Shown here: piece by piece, positions 1-9,508 of the stretch | Position numbering within the stretch: the stretch's first letter is position 1 | Layout: each line of letters begins with the position of its first letter | From: Bacteroidales bacterium | GTDB taxonomy: Bacteria; Bacteroidota; Bacteroidia; Bacteroidales; VadinHA17 | Assembly (NCBI GenBank): GCA_003141895.1 | Contig: PLNT01000036.1 | Span: forward strand, 53,195-117,194 | DNA: 64,000 bases | Reading direction: 5' to 3' | Program-made: the position numbers and the translations under genes | The notes under the pieces: generated by a model | The model's input: the letters and a program-made list of their open reading frames with translations, nothing else | The model's database searches: none | What the model was told of the DNA's origin: nothing

Positions 1-140
1 TTACCAATTTTAAAAGTTCTCTTGAACGTTCTTGTAGATGGTCAATAACAATGGAAGATTTCAGCAAATAAGAATCTAAGAATTAGATAAATACGGTTGC
101 AAGAATAAAATTACTAAATGGTTATTTATAAACCTAATTA

Positions 141-151
141 CCCCCCCCCCC
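141..151. repeat. Homopolymeric poly-C tract (11 C) in an intergenic region
   Basis: Read directly: 'aattaccccccccccccatg'. A 7-G run lies at 378-384. Confidence 0.9.
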
Positions 152-719
152 ATGTTATTAGTAATCAACGTATTACGAAATATTGATTTCGACACTACCA
201 CATACTTACTCAAAACAGCGTCTTTTTTTATCGAACACAACGAAAAATATTGGAAATGAGGTTCTTAATTTATTTTATTCTTTTGATATTGCAATCCTAA
301 TATTTTGGATAATGGAGACATGTATTTTGTATTCTACGAAGTCAAACAAACGGACACTTGTTTATGTCCGTATAACAGGGGGGGATGCTGGATTTTTTAT
401 TGTAAAAATTTCAAATTAGTTATATAGGGCAGTATTATTTAATTAATATAGGTTTCTATTGATTTATGAATTTCAGCATCGTCTGCAATTCGACCCTATC
501 TGATAAGAATGAATAGAAAGGTCGCCAGAATATAGATTATCAATTATAAAAAGCATTTATTCAAAATAAACGTGTAAATTTGATTAACTCTATGGAAGTC
601 GATGTAATACGATGATTGTGAAAATGTTATATTATTATCCAACTCGAAAATAAAATGTGTTCAAATTACCGATTTACATAGCATCAAGTTTGGTTTATAT
701 TAATTAAAATTCAATTACG

Positions 720-959
720 ATGAGTAAACAAAGAACAACTTACCATGTTACCAAAACCGATGAAGGTTGGCAGGGTAAAAAAGAAAATGGCGAAAGAGCC
801 TCAGTAAAAGGTGAAACGAAAGAAGAAGTAATGAAGAAAACTATTGAAATTGCTAAGAATCAAGGAGACTCTTCTGTAGTAATTCATAAACTGGATGGAA
901 AAATTCAAGAAGAAAGAACCTATCCTAAAAGCAGTGACCCTTTCCCACCTGAAGGTTAG
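720..959 (+). CDS. Small DUF2188-like protein
   Basis: The 79 aa sequence 'YHVTKTDEGWQGKKENGERASVKGETKEEVMKKTIEIAKNQGDSSVVIHKLDGKIQEERTY' matches my memory of the DUF2188 pattern. It ends 22 nt before the next same-strand ORF. Confidence 0.55.
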   Translation: MSKQRTTYHVTKTDEGWQGKKENGERASVKGETKEEVMKKTIEIAKNQGDSSVVIHKLDGKIQEERTYPKSSDPFPPEG

Positions 960-981
960 AAACGATTTACATTTATAAGTC

Positions 982-2268
982 ATGATTTACAAACAAGAAT
1001 ATGACAAAATAAAACTACTTCCACCAAAAAAGAGAGGATTTCAGTTCGAAAAACTTATTAATAAAATTTGCCATGATGAAGGGATTCTATTATCTGATTC
1101 CTATAAAACAGCAGATACAGAACAACAGATTGATGGTGCTATTGAAATTAATAAAAGGATTTTTCTAATTGAGGCAAAATGGGAAAGAACAGAAACATTA
1201 GCAGCATCTAAGCTATATAGTTTCTTAGGCAAAATAAATTCAAAAATCGAAGGAACAATTGGAATATTTATCTCCCATAATGTTCTTAGTGATAACTTTA
1301 TTTCTGCAGTAAGAAATGGGTTAAGACAAAACTGTATCTTAATTCATGGAAAGGAAAATATTTTGGATATAATGGATGGGAAAGTAAGTCTGGAAGAATT
1401 CATATGGTATACGTATCAGCAAGCATCAACTAAAAATCTAAGCTGTATAAATACCTCAGAATTTTTAAGTATCCCTATTAGAACTTACTCAAAAACAACA
1501 ACTACAACATTACCACCACAAAATTGGATTGATATCTATCAAAACCTTGTTGATACATCATCCACAATCACTTTTTCTGCCCAATTAGAAACTTTATATA
1601 CACAAGAAATTGAATTAAGTAAAAAGGCTTTAAATCTAATTTCTATCCTCAAAAAAGACAGATTAAGTCATGATAAATACATTTTGCTTATTCAAAAATG
1701 CTTTTCTGAGGAAAAGGATGAATTTGAAAAACAATTTGTTGAGAAACTTAAAAGTCCTTTTTGGAAAGAATACATACCACTACTATCGATAGATTTTATT
1801 AAGAACGACTTAGCGATAAATGAACTGGATAAAACTAAAATTTTGGACAAAGCAATATCACATTTAACTGCTTATTTTGGGACATATGCAGAAGAAAACA
1901 ATGCATCATATTTAATAGACTTTTTATTTGAAAGATTAAATGAAAATGATTTGAAAAAGTTAGCAAATGCATACTTAATTATCTATTGTGATACATCTCG
2001 GTTGGACTATTTCCCGCAAAAACAAACTTCGATTAGAATCTTTAATAATCTGAAAAGAAAGAGTATTTCAATTTCTGAAACTGTTAAACCAACATTAATT
2101 GAGCAGTTAAGGCAGATAAAGAATGATGAATATTTTTCATATGATGATTTGTCAGACGAAAAGAAAATAAAAGAATCAAGTATTAAATTTTTTATAAGGA
2201 AATTTATAAAAGTTCTGGATGATGGTAATTCGGAGAAATTCCTTTCGAAGGAATATGACAAATTATAA
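982..2268 (+). CDS. PD-(D/E)xK (Mrr-cat-like) restriction-endonuclease-fold N-domain fused to an unassigned ~280 aa helical C-domain
   Basis: The N-terminus 'GFQFEKLI...QQIDGAIEINKRIFLIEAKW' gives a D...E-x-K core. I could not assign the alpha-helical, K/E-rich C-terminal part by eye. Confidence 0.55.
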   Translation: MIYKQEYDKIKLLPPKKRGFQFEKLINKICHDEGILLSDSYKTADTEQQIDGAIEINKRIFLIEAKWERTETLAASKLYSFLGKINSKIEGTIGIFISHNVLSDNFISAVRNGLRQNCILIHGKENILDIMDGKVSLEEFIWYTYQQASTKNLSCINTSEFLSIPIRTYSKTTTTTLPPQNWIDIYQNLVDTSSTITFSAQLETLYTQEIELSKKALNLISILKKDRLSHDKYILLIQKCFSEEKDEFEKQFVEKLKSPFWKEYIPLLSIDFIKNDLAINELDKTKILDKAISHLTAYFGTYAEENNASYLIDFLFERLNENDLKKLANAYLIIYCDTSRLDYFPQKQTSIRIFNNLKRKSISISETVKPTLIEQLRQIKNDEYFSYDDLSDEKKIKESSIKFFIRKFIKVLDDGNSEKFLSKEYDKL

Positions 2269-2405
2269 CCAGAACATAATTAATTATTCTCCAATCCGTT
2301 AGCTGGCGAAAAATTAATAAAATAAGATACTCTTTAGATTCAATTAAATCGCTCAATTTTATTGTGCGGATTCGAATAATAGTCTGTAGGACTGAAGATT
2401 GTGTC

Positions 2406-3317
2406 TTATTTTTCCTTGTTCTTGGCTTTGGTAATGACGTCTCTTCTTAACTCTTTTGGATATCCAAAAATTCTTAACAAGAAATTATAGATTTTAATTT
2501 TGAAAACTGGAATAAAATTCCCTAATAAACTTATTCCAAGAATGCTCAATAATGTAAATATAGGGTTGTACTTATCAAAAAATCCTTTAATTGATGGTAC
2601 ATAAGAAAGAATTCTGACCAAAAGGAAAAGTGAAAAAATAAAGATTATGGTTTGTGTAAACCATGAGAAAATTTTCACTCGTTTAAGAAACTTTGAATTA
2701 AAATTCTTCAAAAGACAAATCTCGCTACCTGTTGGTGCAACTTTCAAATTAATAATTAAGTTTTCAGCATTAATAGCACAAATAATTTGAAAATCATTTT
2801 TGCTTTCAAATAATGTGACATTTTGATTTATATTATCGTATGCTCTATTCAGTAAATCGTTATTAATCAGTGCTAAATTAAATAGCTTCAAAAAAACCAA
2901 AACAATTTCGGGCAAGTTTGAATTACTTAGAAAATCTTCATTCAAAATATTATCAAAAGTGATGGTGATTGAACTGCGATTTCTCAAGGAGACTATTTCT
3001 TTAATCCATTTTTTTTCTAATCCAAATTTCAAAATACCAAGTACTAAGCAAAAAATTAAAAAATCATCATTTACAAATGGAGTAAGAGAATCCTTATTGG
3101 GATGACTCTTACTTTTTTTATTAAAATGAGTTTCAAATGCAGATTTATCGTTCGATTGAATAGCATTTATTAATCCAAAATAAACTCCATCAGATTCATC
3201 TGGATTGGCTGTAGGAAGTTTTAATGATTTAACTGCCAATAAGTCGTTGAATGCTGTTAATTTTTGATTTTTCAAAATCCTAAATTGATATTCTAATCTT
3301 TTCTCTAAAGAAACCAT
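2406..3317 (-). CDS. pAgo-associated membrane effector candidate (soluble N-domain plus two C-terminal TM helices)
   Basis: Its start overlaps the pAgo stop by 13 nt. The C-terminus has hydrophobic helices 'IFSWFTQTIIFIFSLFLLVRILSYV' and 'IFTLLSILGISLLGNFIPVF'. I recognised no enzymatic motif. Confidence 0.6.
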   Translation of the reverse strand: MVSLEKRLEYQFRILKNQKLTAFNDLLAVKSLKLPTANPDESDGVYFGLINAIQSNDKSAFETHFNKKSKSHPNKDSLTPFVNDDFLIFCLVLGILKFGLEKKWIKEIVSLRNRSSITITFDNILNEDFLSNSNLPEIVLVFLKLFNLALINNDLLNRAYDNINQNVTLFESKNDFQIICAINAENLIINLKVAPTGSEICLLKNFNSKFLKRVKIFSWFTQTIIFIFSLFLLVRILSYVPSIKGFFDKYNPIFTLLSILGISLLGNFIPVFKIKIYNFLLRIFGYPKELRRDVITKAKNKEK

Positions 3318-5602
3318 TTTTTTCTTTTCAATCCATAGTTTAATTTATCAGCATCCCATCCTTCAATGTTTCTCATTTTATTAAGTAAACTTGATATTAA
3401 ATCCGAATACAACATAGTAGCAGGTTGTTCCCCTGCTAAGAAACTTCTCCAAGAAAGATATGTAAAAGAAAATATTTGCTGAGTTATATAATTTAAATCA
3501 TAGAAAAGAAAATCTTTAATGTTGCCGTTATCATATTTACCTTGCGGAGTTCTAATCCTTATTAGGATTGGACTACTCATGCCATGTTTTGCTGTCTTTA
3601 ATTCACTTGCACCAAACATCTGGACTAAACAGGTCTCATTATCTAGAAATATATTACTGGCTCGATTTGGGATATATTCGCCTTTTAATTGATTACTTCC
3701 GTACTTCTTTATACCTACTTGATTAATATCAAAAATTAAGAATGGATGAATTTTTGCAATTGTAACAAAGGCAAATCTTATTTTATACTCTGGAAATTCT
3801 TTTATTAGTTGGCAGACCACATCAAACTCAGTATTTTTTATTGGTTTGAATATGTGAAATATTAGCCTTATTGTGTCCCCTTCTGCCCAACCTTGTTCGA
3901 ATGAAAGTCGTTTAATAGAATTCTGCAGGCTTTTTAATAACTCTTCAAAATAATTCTCGAACGATGCGTCCTTCACCTTGTCACTTAAAAGATATTGTCC
4001 ATCACTTGAAAGGAATGTTGTTATTCCAACAACTCTGTTATTTTCAGCTCCTTTATAGAAATTGCTTCTTATCCAACTATGACCAATTCCAATTATTATT
4101 TCCCTGTCTACAGAGCGTTGAGTAGGTAATACCCAAGGTGTCCCTCCTAATTTTGCATAAATCTGAAGTGCAACTGAATTGAGAATGAATTCGTTATATT
4201 GTTTTATAATTTCAGAGGTAATAAACTGAACAGGTATCTCAAGTGAAAGCAGTTTTGCCTTTATTCTATAATAAGGATTTAATTTATCCTCATATTTTCT
4301 GAAACTCCGAGGGATTTCAATAATTGCTAAATGAGGTTTGTTTTCATCATAACTACTTATAATCTGAAGGTATTCTTCCACATTATTTGTTTGGATTTCC
4401 TTAATATCAAATACGATATCCTGTAAATCATATTTTTTTAAAAGTCCTTTTTGAAAATACTTCGAATTTGGAATACCATCTTTCAAACTTGAAAGAAAAC
4501 CTGCGAAATACCCCCTGTTTATTCTATTACATATGCAGATTATATTAGGTGTTTTAATGTCAAAATTAATACTATCATACGGACCGTAATTTATTAATCC
4601 TTGGTCTGGGTTTGAATTCTGAGTTTTTGTTCCTGCGTAGTCAAAAATAAAAGTTGGAATCTTCAATTCCATCGTATTTGACACTGATTTAAGTTTGCTA
4701 TCAACTGAGAAACAGAAACCATCTTTATTTTGAAATAAAACAGGTTGCCCATTTTCACTGAATAGATACTTTGCAATATTCGAGATTTCACTATAAACTT
4801 TTTTTGCATTATAAATCTCTGATCGCTTGTTCTCAATTATATTAAGAATTTCATCACTTTTTTGTTGAGATGTAGCAAAAGCAAGATAATTACCAATATT
4901 GAATTTTGTTTTCCTAATGAATAATTCATTAAGGTCAAATTTTTTTATTCCTTCATTAGTCTGTACTTGTGCAATATTCCCAACTTTATTTTGAATCACT
5001 CCTATAAACTCTTCATTCGGGGCAAGTATGTTATTCAGACCTTCAAATGGCTCAGAATGAAGTACTTCTACACCAATGATGTTATATCCCTCTTCATTTA
5101 GTTCAGCACAATTTTTATTAAAAATCCAATTACGCCTAATAGTAATAAAAAATCCAAATTGCAGCTTATTATCAATGTTGGTAAGCCTTAATTGCACTTC
5201 TATTAGTTTCTTATATGCTATCCTATTTTGCAAATTGAGAGGAAGAGCATCATAAATAATATCATCCTTTGTCTGTCCTGAAAAAAATCGAAAGGGGTAA
5301 AAATCAACAGGAGTATAATGTGGAAATCTATCTCTGAAAGTTCTAAAAAACAAATGTTTAATCAATGATGCTGTAATTTCCTTATCCTCATAAGTCCGTC
5401 TTTCAGTAATTGTACCTATTATTTGATTTTCATCACCATCTTTGTTGGAGATGTAGATAGCGTCACCGTTTCTAAAAAAGGAGTGAGTAACATTATGGAG
5501 TTTCCTAAGTTGAATTAGTCTATCATCAACATATGGTTCTGTAAACACTTGATATTTTTCAAAATCAATTTGTATTGGAAAGTAATTGAGCTGCATTATC
5601 AA
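3305..5602 (-). CDS. Long prokaryotic Argonaute, predicted catalytically inactive (long-B type)
   Basis: A PIWI signature 'LQIYAKLGGTPWVLP' is present. MID 5'-end pocket-like residues occur in 'NPYYRIKAKLLSLEIPVQFI'. The first DEDX position reads 'IIIGIGHSW' (G instead of D). The RDG position reads 'LIFHIFKP'. At 765 aa it is long, not short. Confidence 0.85.
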   Translation of the reverse strand: MIMQLNYFPIQIDFEKYQVFTEPYVDDRLIQLRKLHNVTHSFFRNGDAIYISNKDGDENQIIGTITERRTYEDKEITASLIKHLFFRTFRDRFPHYTPVDFYPFRFFSGQTKDDIIYDALPLNLQNRIAYKKLIEVQLRLTNIDNKLQFGFFITIRRNWIFNKNCAELNEEGYNIIGVEVLHSEPFEGLNNILAPNEEFIGVIQNKVGNIAQVQTNEGIKKFDLNELFIRKTKFNIGNYLAFATSQQKSDEILNIIENKRSEIYNAKKVYSEISNIAKYLFSENGQPVLFQNKDGFCFSVDSKLKSVSNTMELKIPTFIFDYAGTKTQNSNPDQGLINYGPYDSINFDIKTPNIICICNRINRGYFAGFLSSLKDGIPNSKYFQKGLLKKYDLQDIVFDIKEIQTNNVEEYLQIISSYDENKPHLAIIEIPRSFRKYEDKLNPYYRIKAKLLSLEIPVQFITSEIIKQYNEFILNSVALQIYAKLGGTPWVLPTQRSVDREIIIGIGHSWIRSNFYKGAENNRVVGITTFLSSDGQYLLSDKVKDASFENYFEELLKSLQNSIKRLSFEQGWAEGDTIRLIFHIFKPIKNTEFDVVCQLIKEFPEYKIRFAFVTIAKIHPFLIFDINQVGIKKYGSNQLKGEYIPNRASNIFLDNETCLVQMFGASELKTAKHGMSSPILIRIRTPQGKYDNGNIKDFLFYDLNYITQQIFSFTYLSWRSFLAGEQPATMLYSDLISSLLNKMRNIEGWDADKLNYGLKRKKWFL

Positions 5603-5856
5603 TATATTTAAACATCAACTCCTTAATTATAAGCGCAATGAAATCATTAATTTATTATTCAAATTAAGAAATTGGATTTCATTGACTACAACAAATTTAT
5701 ATAATAACATATTCATTTCATAATTGATTGATTTTATTATTATTCTGTCATAACATCTATTATTTCGCATAGATTGGGATATTAATTAATCATAACAAAA
5801 AACAGACATTTTTTAATATCAAAAATACAGGTGGGGCAAGAATTTGGGATACAAAT

Positions 5857-5880
5857 ATCCCCCAAGAATATTTGGGGGAT
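5857..5880 (-). terminator. Hairpin downstream of the DUF2130-like gene
   Basis: 'atccccca agaatatt tgggggat' forms an 8 bp stem with an 8 nt loop. The distal side on the minus strand is only moderately T-rich. Confidence 0.35.
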
Positions 5881-6004
5881 TATCGTTTATAATATGAACT
5901 ATTAAGTCACTGCATATATTTCCAATCTATGGTCTTGATAATTAACAAAATCATAGTCATCGGTATTCTAAAAGGAAGCATCAACGAGTAGGGTCTTTTC
6001 GTAT

Positions 6005-7177
6005 TCAACTCACCTCTTTAGCATCCCCTGATTCAAGTTCCAATGTTTGAACTTTCTGCAATGTAGCACCAAGACCAGTTAAGTCACCATAAACACCTGC
6101 CATATTATGAACAACACGATAAAGTTGTTTATCCCTCTTTGCCCAAATTTTTTCCATAGCAGTTCGTTCTTTTTCTATGTCCGATTTCATTTCTCTTAAT
6201 GCTTCACCAGTTGCTTCAATTCTTGTTTTGAATTCAGTTCCTGTAACATAGTTGTAGATTAAATCACTAATACTTGAACGACCTGCAATGGCTGATTTAG
6301 TTTGATGAAGTTCTTGGAATTTAGTTCGTATAGCTGTTGCAAGTCCAATAATTGAATAAAAGTCGCTAATCCAAATTCCATCTTGGAATCCGAAACGTTT
6401 AATAGTTTTGGGCAATGCTTTGGTCACGATAATCCCAACAGTTTCACCACCAGTTTGTCTTTGGTCGTCTTTGAGTTTTGCAATCCATCCATCGCTCCAA
6501 TTTTCAGCGTTCTTTGCTTCCCAAATTATTGTTCCGCATTGTTTTAAGTTATCTGTCTTGACACGATGTATAATATCAGCACCTCGTTTACCTTTTGGAA
6601 TAGGCTCAAATTCATCAGTTGGGAAACAACTTCTTAAAATATTTTCTAACTCTTGTTCAAACGCTTCTCCCTGTTCTTCCATTGAACCTTGCTTCGCTTT
6701 CTTCTGAAGTTCTTCAGCCAATTTTTCCAATCGTGTAATTTTCTGGTCTTTCTCTGAAAGTTTTCCTTTCAATTCAGTTTCGACTTCCTCACGAATTGAT
6801 GTTTGAAGTTCTTCAGTTTTCTTATTGATGAAACGCTGCTTGTCAAGTTCAATTTGTTTTTCTTTATCAGCAATTTCTCTTTCTCGTTTCAAAAATTTGA
6901 GTTCCTTTTCAGTAAAATCTTCTGCCTTAGTTTCAAATTCTTTTACCTGATTTTTTAGGTTTTCTACTTCTGCCTGAACTTCTTTCTTTGCTTTTAACGT
7001 TGCCTGACCTGCTGCTTCTTTTTTTGCACTATCAATTTGTTGCAAGTGTTCTTCTTCAAGATCATCCAACATTTTTTGGTGGTCAGACTTTACTTGTTCT
7101 TCTATTTCGTGCTTCATGGCTTCCGATAATGGAAACTTTTTGTTGCAATGCGGGCATGTTATTAGTTGCTCTTTCAT
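6005..7177 (-). CDS. DUF2130-like protein: N-terminal Zn-ribbon, long coiled coil, C-terminal PD-(D/E)xK-like domain
   Basis: It has 'CPHCNKKF' at the N-terminus and about 170 aa of E/K-rich coiled coil. The motif 'RGADIIHRV...GTIIWEAKN' gives D...E-A-K. Confidence 0.6.
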   Translation of the reverse strand: MKEQLITCPHCNKKFPLSEAMKHEIEEQVKSDHQKMLDDLEEEHLQQIDSAKKEAAGQATLKAKKEVQAEVENLKNQVKEFETKAEDFTEKELKFLKREREIADKEKQIELDKQRFINKKTEELQTSIREEVETELKGKLSEKDQKITRLEKLAEELQKKAKQGSMEEQGEAFEQELENILRSCFPTDEFEPIPKGKRGADIIHRVKTDNLKQCGTIIWEAKNAENWSDGWIAKLKDDQRQTGGETVGIIVTKALPKTIKRFGFQDGIWISDFYSIIGLATAIRTKFQELHQTKSAIAGRSSISDLIYNYVTGTEFKTRIEATGEALREMKSDIEKERTAMEKIWAKRDKQLYRVVHNMAGVYGDLTGLGATLQKVQTLELESGDAKEVS

Positions 7178-7206
7178 GGTTCAGAGTAGTTATAGTAATG
7201 AAAATA

Positions 7207-7545
7207 TTATTGGTTGCTGGGTTGGATTTCTTCTCTTTTCTTTTTAATAAAATCTATGAAAGTTTTTGCCCAGTCTTTATCAAGCATCAAATGAGTGACA
7301 TTATTATACTTGTAATCAAAATTGACATAACCCAAATCAATATGATAATGCTTGTTGCGACCATGATTGTCATGAACATTAATAAAATAGGCATTTCCAC
7401 CCCGTTTATAGTCATATGTACTAAATGTAACCACACCATGGGGATTGTCATATTTTTTAACAAACGCATCTATTTCTTCTGGCGTTGGTTTCAAAAAAAG
7501 TATTTCATCATAAAAACCATATATTTTATCTTCTATTTTACTCAT
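7207..7545 (-). CDS. Hypothetical protein (His-rich patch 'HDNHGRNKHYHID')
   Basis: This 112 aa ORF lies on the same strand, tightly spaced between the recombinase and the DUF2130-like gene. I recognised no family. Confidence 0.45.
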   Translation of the reverse strand: MSKIEDKIYGFYDEILFLKPTPEEIDAFVKKYDNPHGVVTFSTYDYKRGGNAYFINVHDNHGRNKHYHIDLGYVNFDYKYNNVTHLMLDKDWAKTFIDFIKKKREEIQPSNQ

Positions 7546-7647
7546 ATTAAGTTTAAATTAAGTTTTATATATTATTAATTATCCGAAGTGCTTAATCAAA
7601 GTTACTAATAATTAATATATTATGACTGAGTATTTGGTAAGATGAAC

Positions 7648-8235
7648 TTAGAAACTCAGAATGTCATACGTTTCCAAGAGTTCTTTCTGGCTGATGCCCA
7701 GATACCGTCTTGTAATTGCAGGATTACTGTGATTAAATAACTGGCTGAGTTTTACAATTGCTAATTCTGCATTTTCGGCAGAACGATTGAATATTTCCCT
7801 GCCAAAGGACTTTCTGAGGCTATGACTACTAAAATTTTTAATCTTTAAATTATACTGTTTCTTTAAGTCTTTCAAAATAATATTAATTCTTTGCAGGCTA
7901 AAGACTGTTCCTTTCTGGCTGAGAAACATGAACTCATTCAGGGTACTTGGCTTAATACTTTGATAGCAATCAGAAATGTGTCGTTTTAGTTGAGCATTTA
8001 TTTTTATATCACGTTTCTTCCGTGTTTTCTTCTCTACCAGTTGAAATTCATCCTTTTCGAGAAGATCTTCCCACCTAAGGTTAAGTGTATCACTTGCACG
8101 TAATCCAAAAAAGCATGAACACGCTATATATAAAGAAAGAGTAATCCTATTATCATCATATAATTTCCGAACCAAATTCATTGCTTCAGTCCATTCCAAG
8201 TAATCTGCTGTCGTATTTGAATATTTCTTACTCAT
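7648..8235 (-). CDS. Short tyrosine recombinase (catalytic domain only)
   Basis: Catalytic residues are visible by eye: 'GLRASD' (R), 'HSLRKSF' (HxxR) and 'HSNPAITRRYLG' (H...Y). At 195 aa it lacks an arm- or core-binding N-domain. Confidence 0.8.
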   Translation of the reverse strand: MSKKYSNTTADYLEWTEAMNLVRKLYDDNRITLSLYIACSCFFGLRASDTLNLRWEDLLEKDEFQLVEKKTRKKRDIKINAQLKRHISDCYQSIKPSTLNEFMFLSQKGTVFSLQRINIILKDLKKQYNLKIKNFSSHSLRKSFGREIFNRSAENAELAIVKLSQLFNHSNPAITRRYLGISQKELLETYDILSF

Positions 8236-8408
8236 GTGTTTCAGTTTTGTGGGTTTTAATTAAAAGTATATGTCATTTTTGGGTGGTAAATATCATATTT
8301 AATGTAATCAATTGAATATCATGCTATAAGATAAAATGTGGCTAATTCAGTTCTACGCAATAGTGAATATTCTTAAAATCGATGTGGTTTCCTATTATCA
8401 TATTAAAA

Positions 8409-8594
8409 TCAGTTTTGGTTTATGACGTAGTAAGGCATTTTTTCATCCCAAAACAGAAAATTATATAAATTCACTAAATAAGTATTTATTGGTTTGCCAT
8501 TTTGCGTCTCAATTACAACAAGGAAGTTCGTCCGATTATCGTCTCCTCCAAGCGCAATTGGCAACTGTTCAAACTTGATGATCTCCTTTTTCAT
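8409..8594 (-). CDS. Small hypothetical protein
   Basis: This is a 61 aa ORF with an ATG start and no recognisable motif. Confidence 0.3.
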   Translation of the reverse strand: MKKEIIKFEQLPIALGGDDNRTNFLVVIETQNGKPINTYLVNLYNFLFWDEKMPYYVINQN

Positions 8595-8642
8595 GGTTCA
8601 AAAGTACATATTGTAATAAACATATCAAAATAAATGGATAGA

Positions 8643-8666
8643 AATTACACATTATAATATGTAATT
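8643..8666. promoter_or_regulatory. Imperfect palindrome upstream of an XRE gene (possible operator)
   Basis: 'aattaca cattataata tgtaatt' has 7 bp arms and lies about 30 nt upstream of the 8697 start. AT-rich palindromes are common, so support is weak. Confidence 0.25.
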
Positions 8667-8696
8667 GATAACTTTGATAAATAATTTGACATCATT

Positions 8697-8951
8697 ATGA
8701 CTAACAAGCCACGAAAAGAACGTATTATCTCACCTGAGGACAAACAGACCATTAAGACTATTGCAGAAAAGGCAAAGCGTATTCGAATTGAGCAAGGGTA
8801 CTCTTACGAGGGATTTGCAATTAAAAACGACATCCATAGAATAACCTATTATAAATTTGAAACAGGTGAGCAAAATTTTACAGCTTCGGTACTTATTAAG
8901 GTCATCCGAGGATTAGGAATGAGTTTATCTCAGTTCTTCAAGGATTTATAA
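8697..8951 (+). CDS. XRE-family helix-turn-helix regulator
   Basis: 'RIRIEQGYSYEGFAIKNDIHRITYYKFETGEQNFTASVLIKVIRGLGMSLSQFF' is a typical HTH_XRE layout. Confidence 0.75.
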   Translation: MTNKPRKERIISPEDKQTIKTIAEKAKRIRIEQGYSYEGFAIKNDIHRITYYKFETGEQNFTASVLIKVIRGLGMSLSQFFKDL

Positions 8952-9190
8952 AAATTTGGTGTGGTTTAACAAATTATTCAAAAACTACTTCTTATTTTTC
9001 CCAAAATATTTCTGCCTACTATCGTAACGTACACGTGAGGGTCATACAAATGATCGATTTGAGGTTAAAATATCCCTTAACGATTGTATTTCCAGTGTAT
9101 TAAAGGATTTTCAGGGTACAATAAATTCCAGTTATTTGAACTGTATTATGGCTTAAATGTGGATTCGGGTAATAATAATTACCCAAAAGT

Positions 9191-9508
9191 TTGGGTATTA
9201 AAAAGGTTTGGGCAATAATTAGTTCTTTAACTATTTATGGGAAACGAATAAGTATGCCACAAAAAAGAAACAACCAAATCAGATCAGTTCCTGATGATAT
9301 CCAACAGAAGTTAACATACATAGGGCAGTTGGTAAAAGAAACACGATTGGCTTATGGAATGAGGCAAATAGACTTTGCAAAACAACAAGGGATTTCAAAA
9401 AACAGCCTACAGAATATAGAATACGGAAAGAACGTAACTCTCTTGTCTTTGCTTACAATTATTAGTGACATTTATAGTCCCATAGAATTTTTTGAATTAA
9501 TGGAGTAG
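9191..9508 (+). CDS. XRE-family helix-turn-helix regulator (true start probably the ATG near 9254)
   Basis: It contains 'VKETRLAYGMRQIDFAKQQGISKNSLQNIEYGKNVTLLSLLTI'. The listed ORF begins at a non-ATG codon, and an internal 'MPQKRNN' start is plausible. Confidence 0.7.
   Translation: MGIKKVWAIISSLTIYGKRISMPQKRNNQIRSVPDDIQQKLTYIGQLVKETRLAYGMRQIDFAKQQGISKNSLQNIEYGKNVTLLSLLTIISDIYSPIEFFELME

Noticed and set aside
183-419. 78 aa ORF in the leftmost intergenic region
   Set aside because: It has a non-ATG start and low-complexity AT-rich content. Its end runs through the poly-G tract, and it has no recognisable motif or ribosome-binding context. It is most likely a chance ORF.
6988-7578. 196 aa plus-strand ORF
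   Set aside because: It lies antisense across the DUF2130-like gene and the 112 aa gene. Its composition is hydrophobic and low-complexity, typical of a shadow ORF opposite a K/E-rich coding strand.
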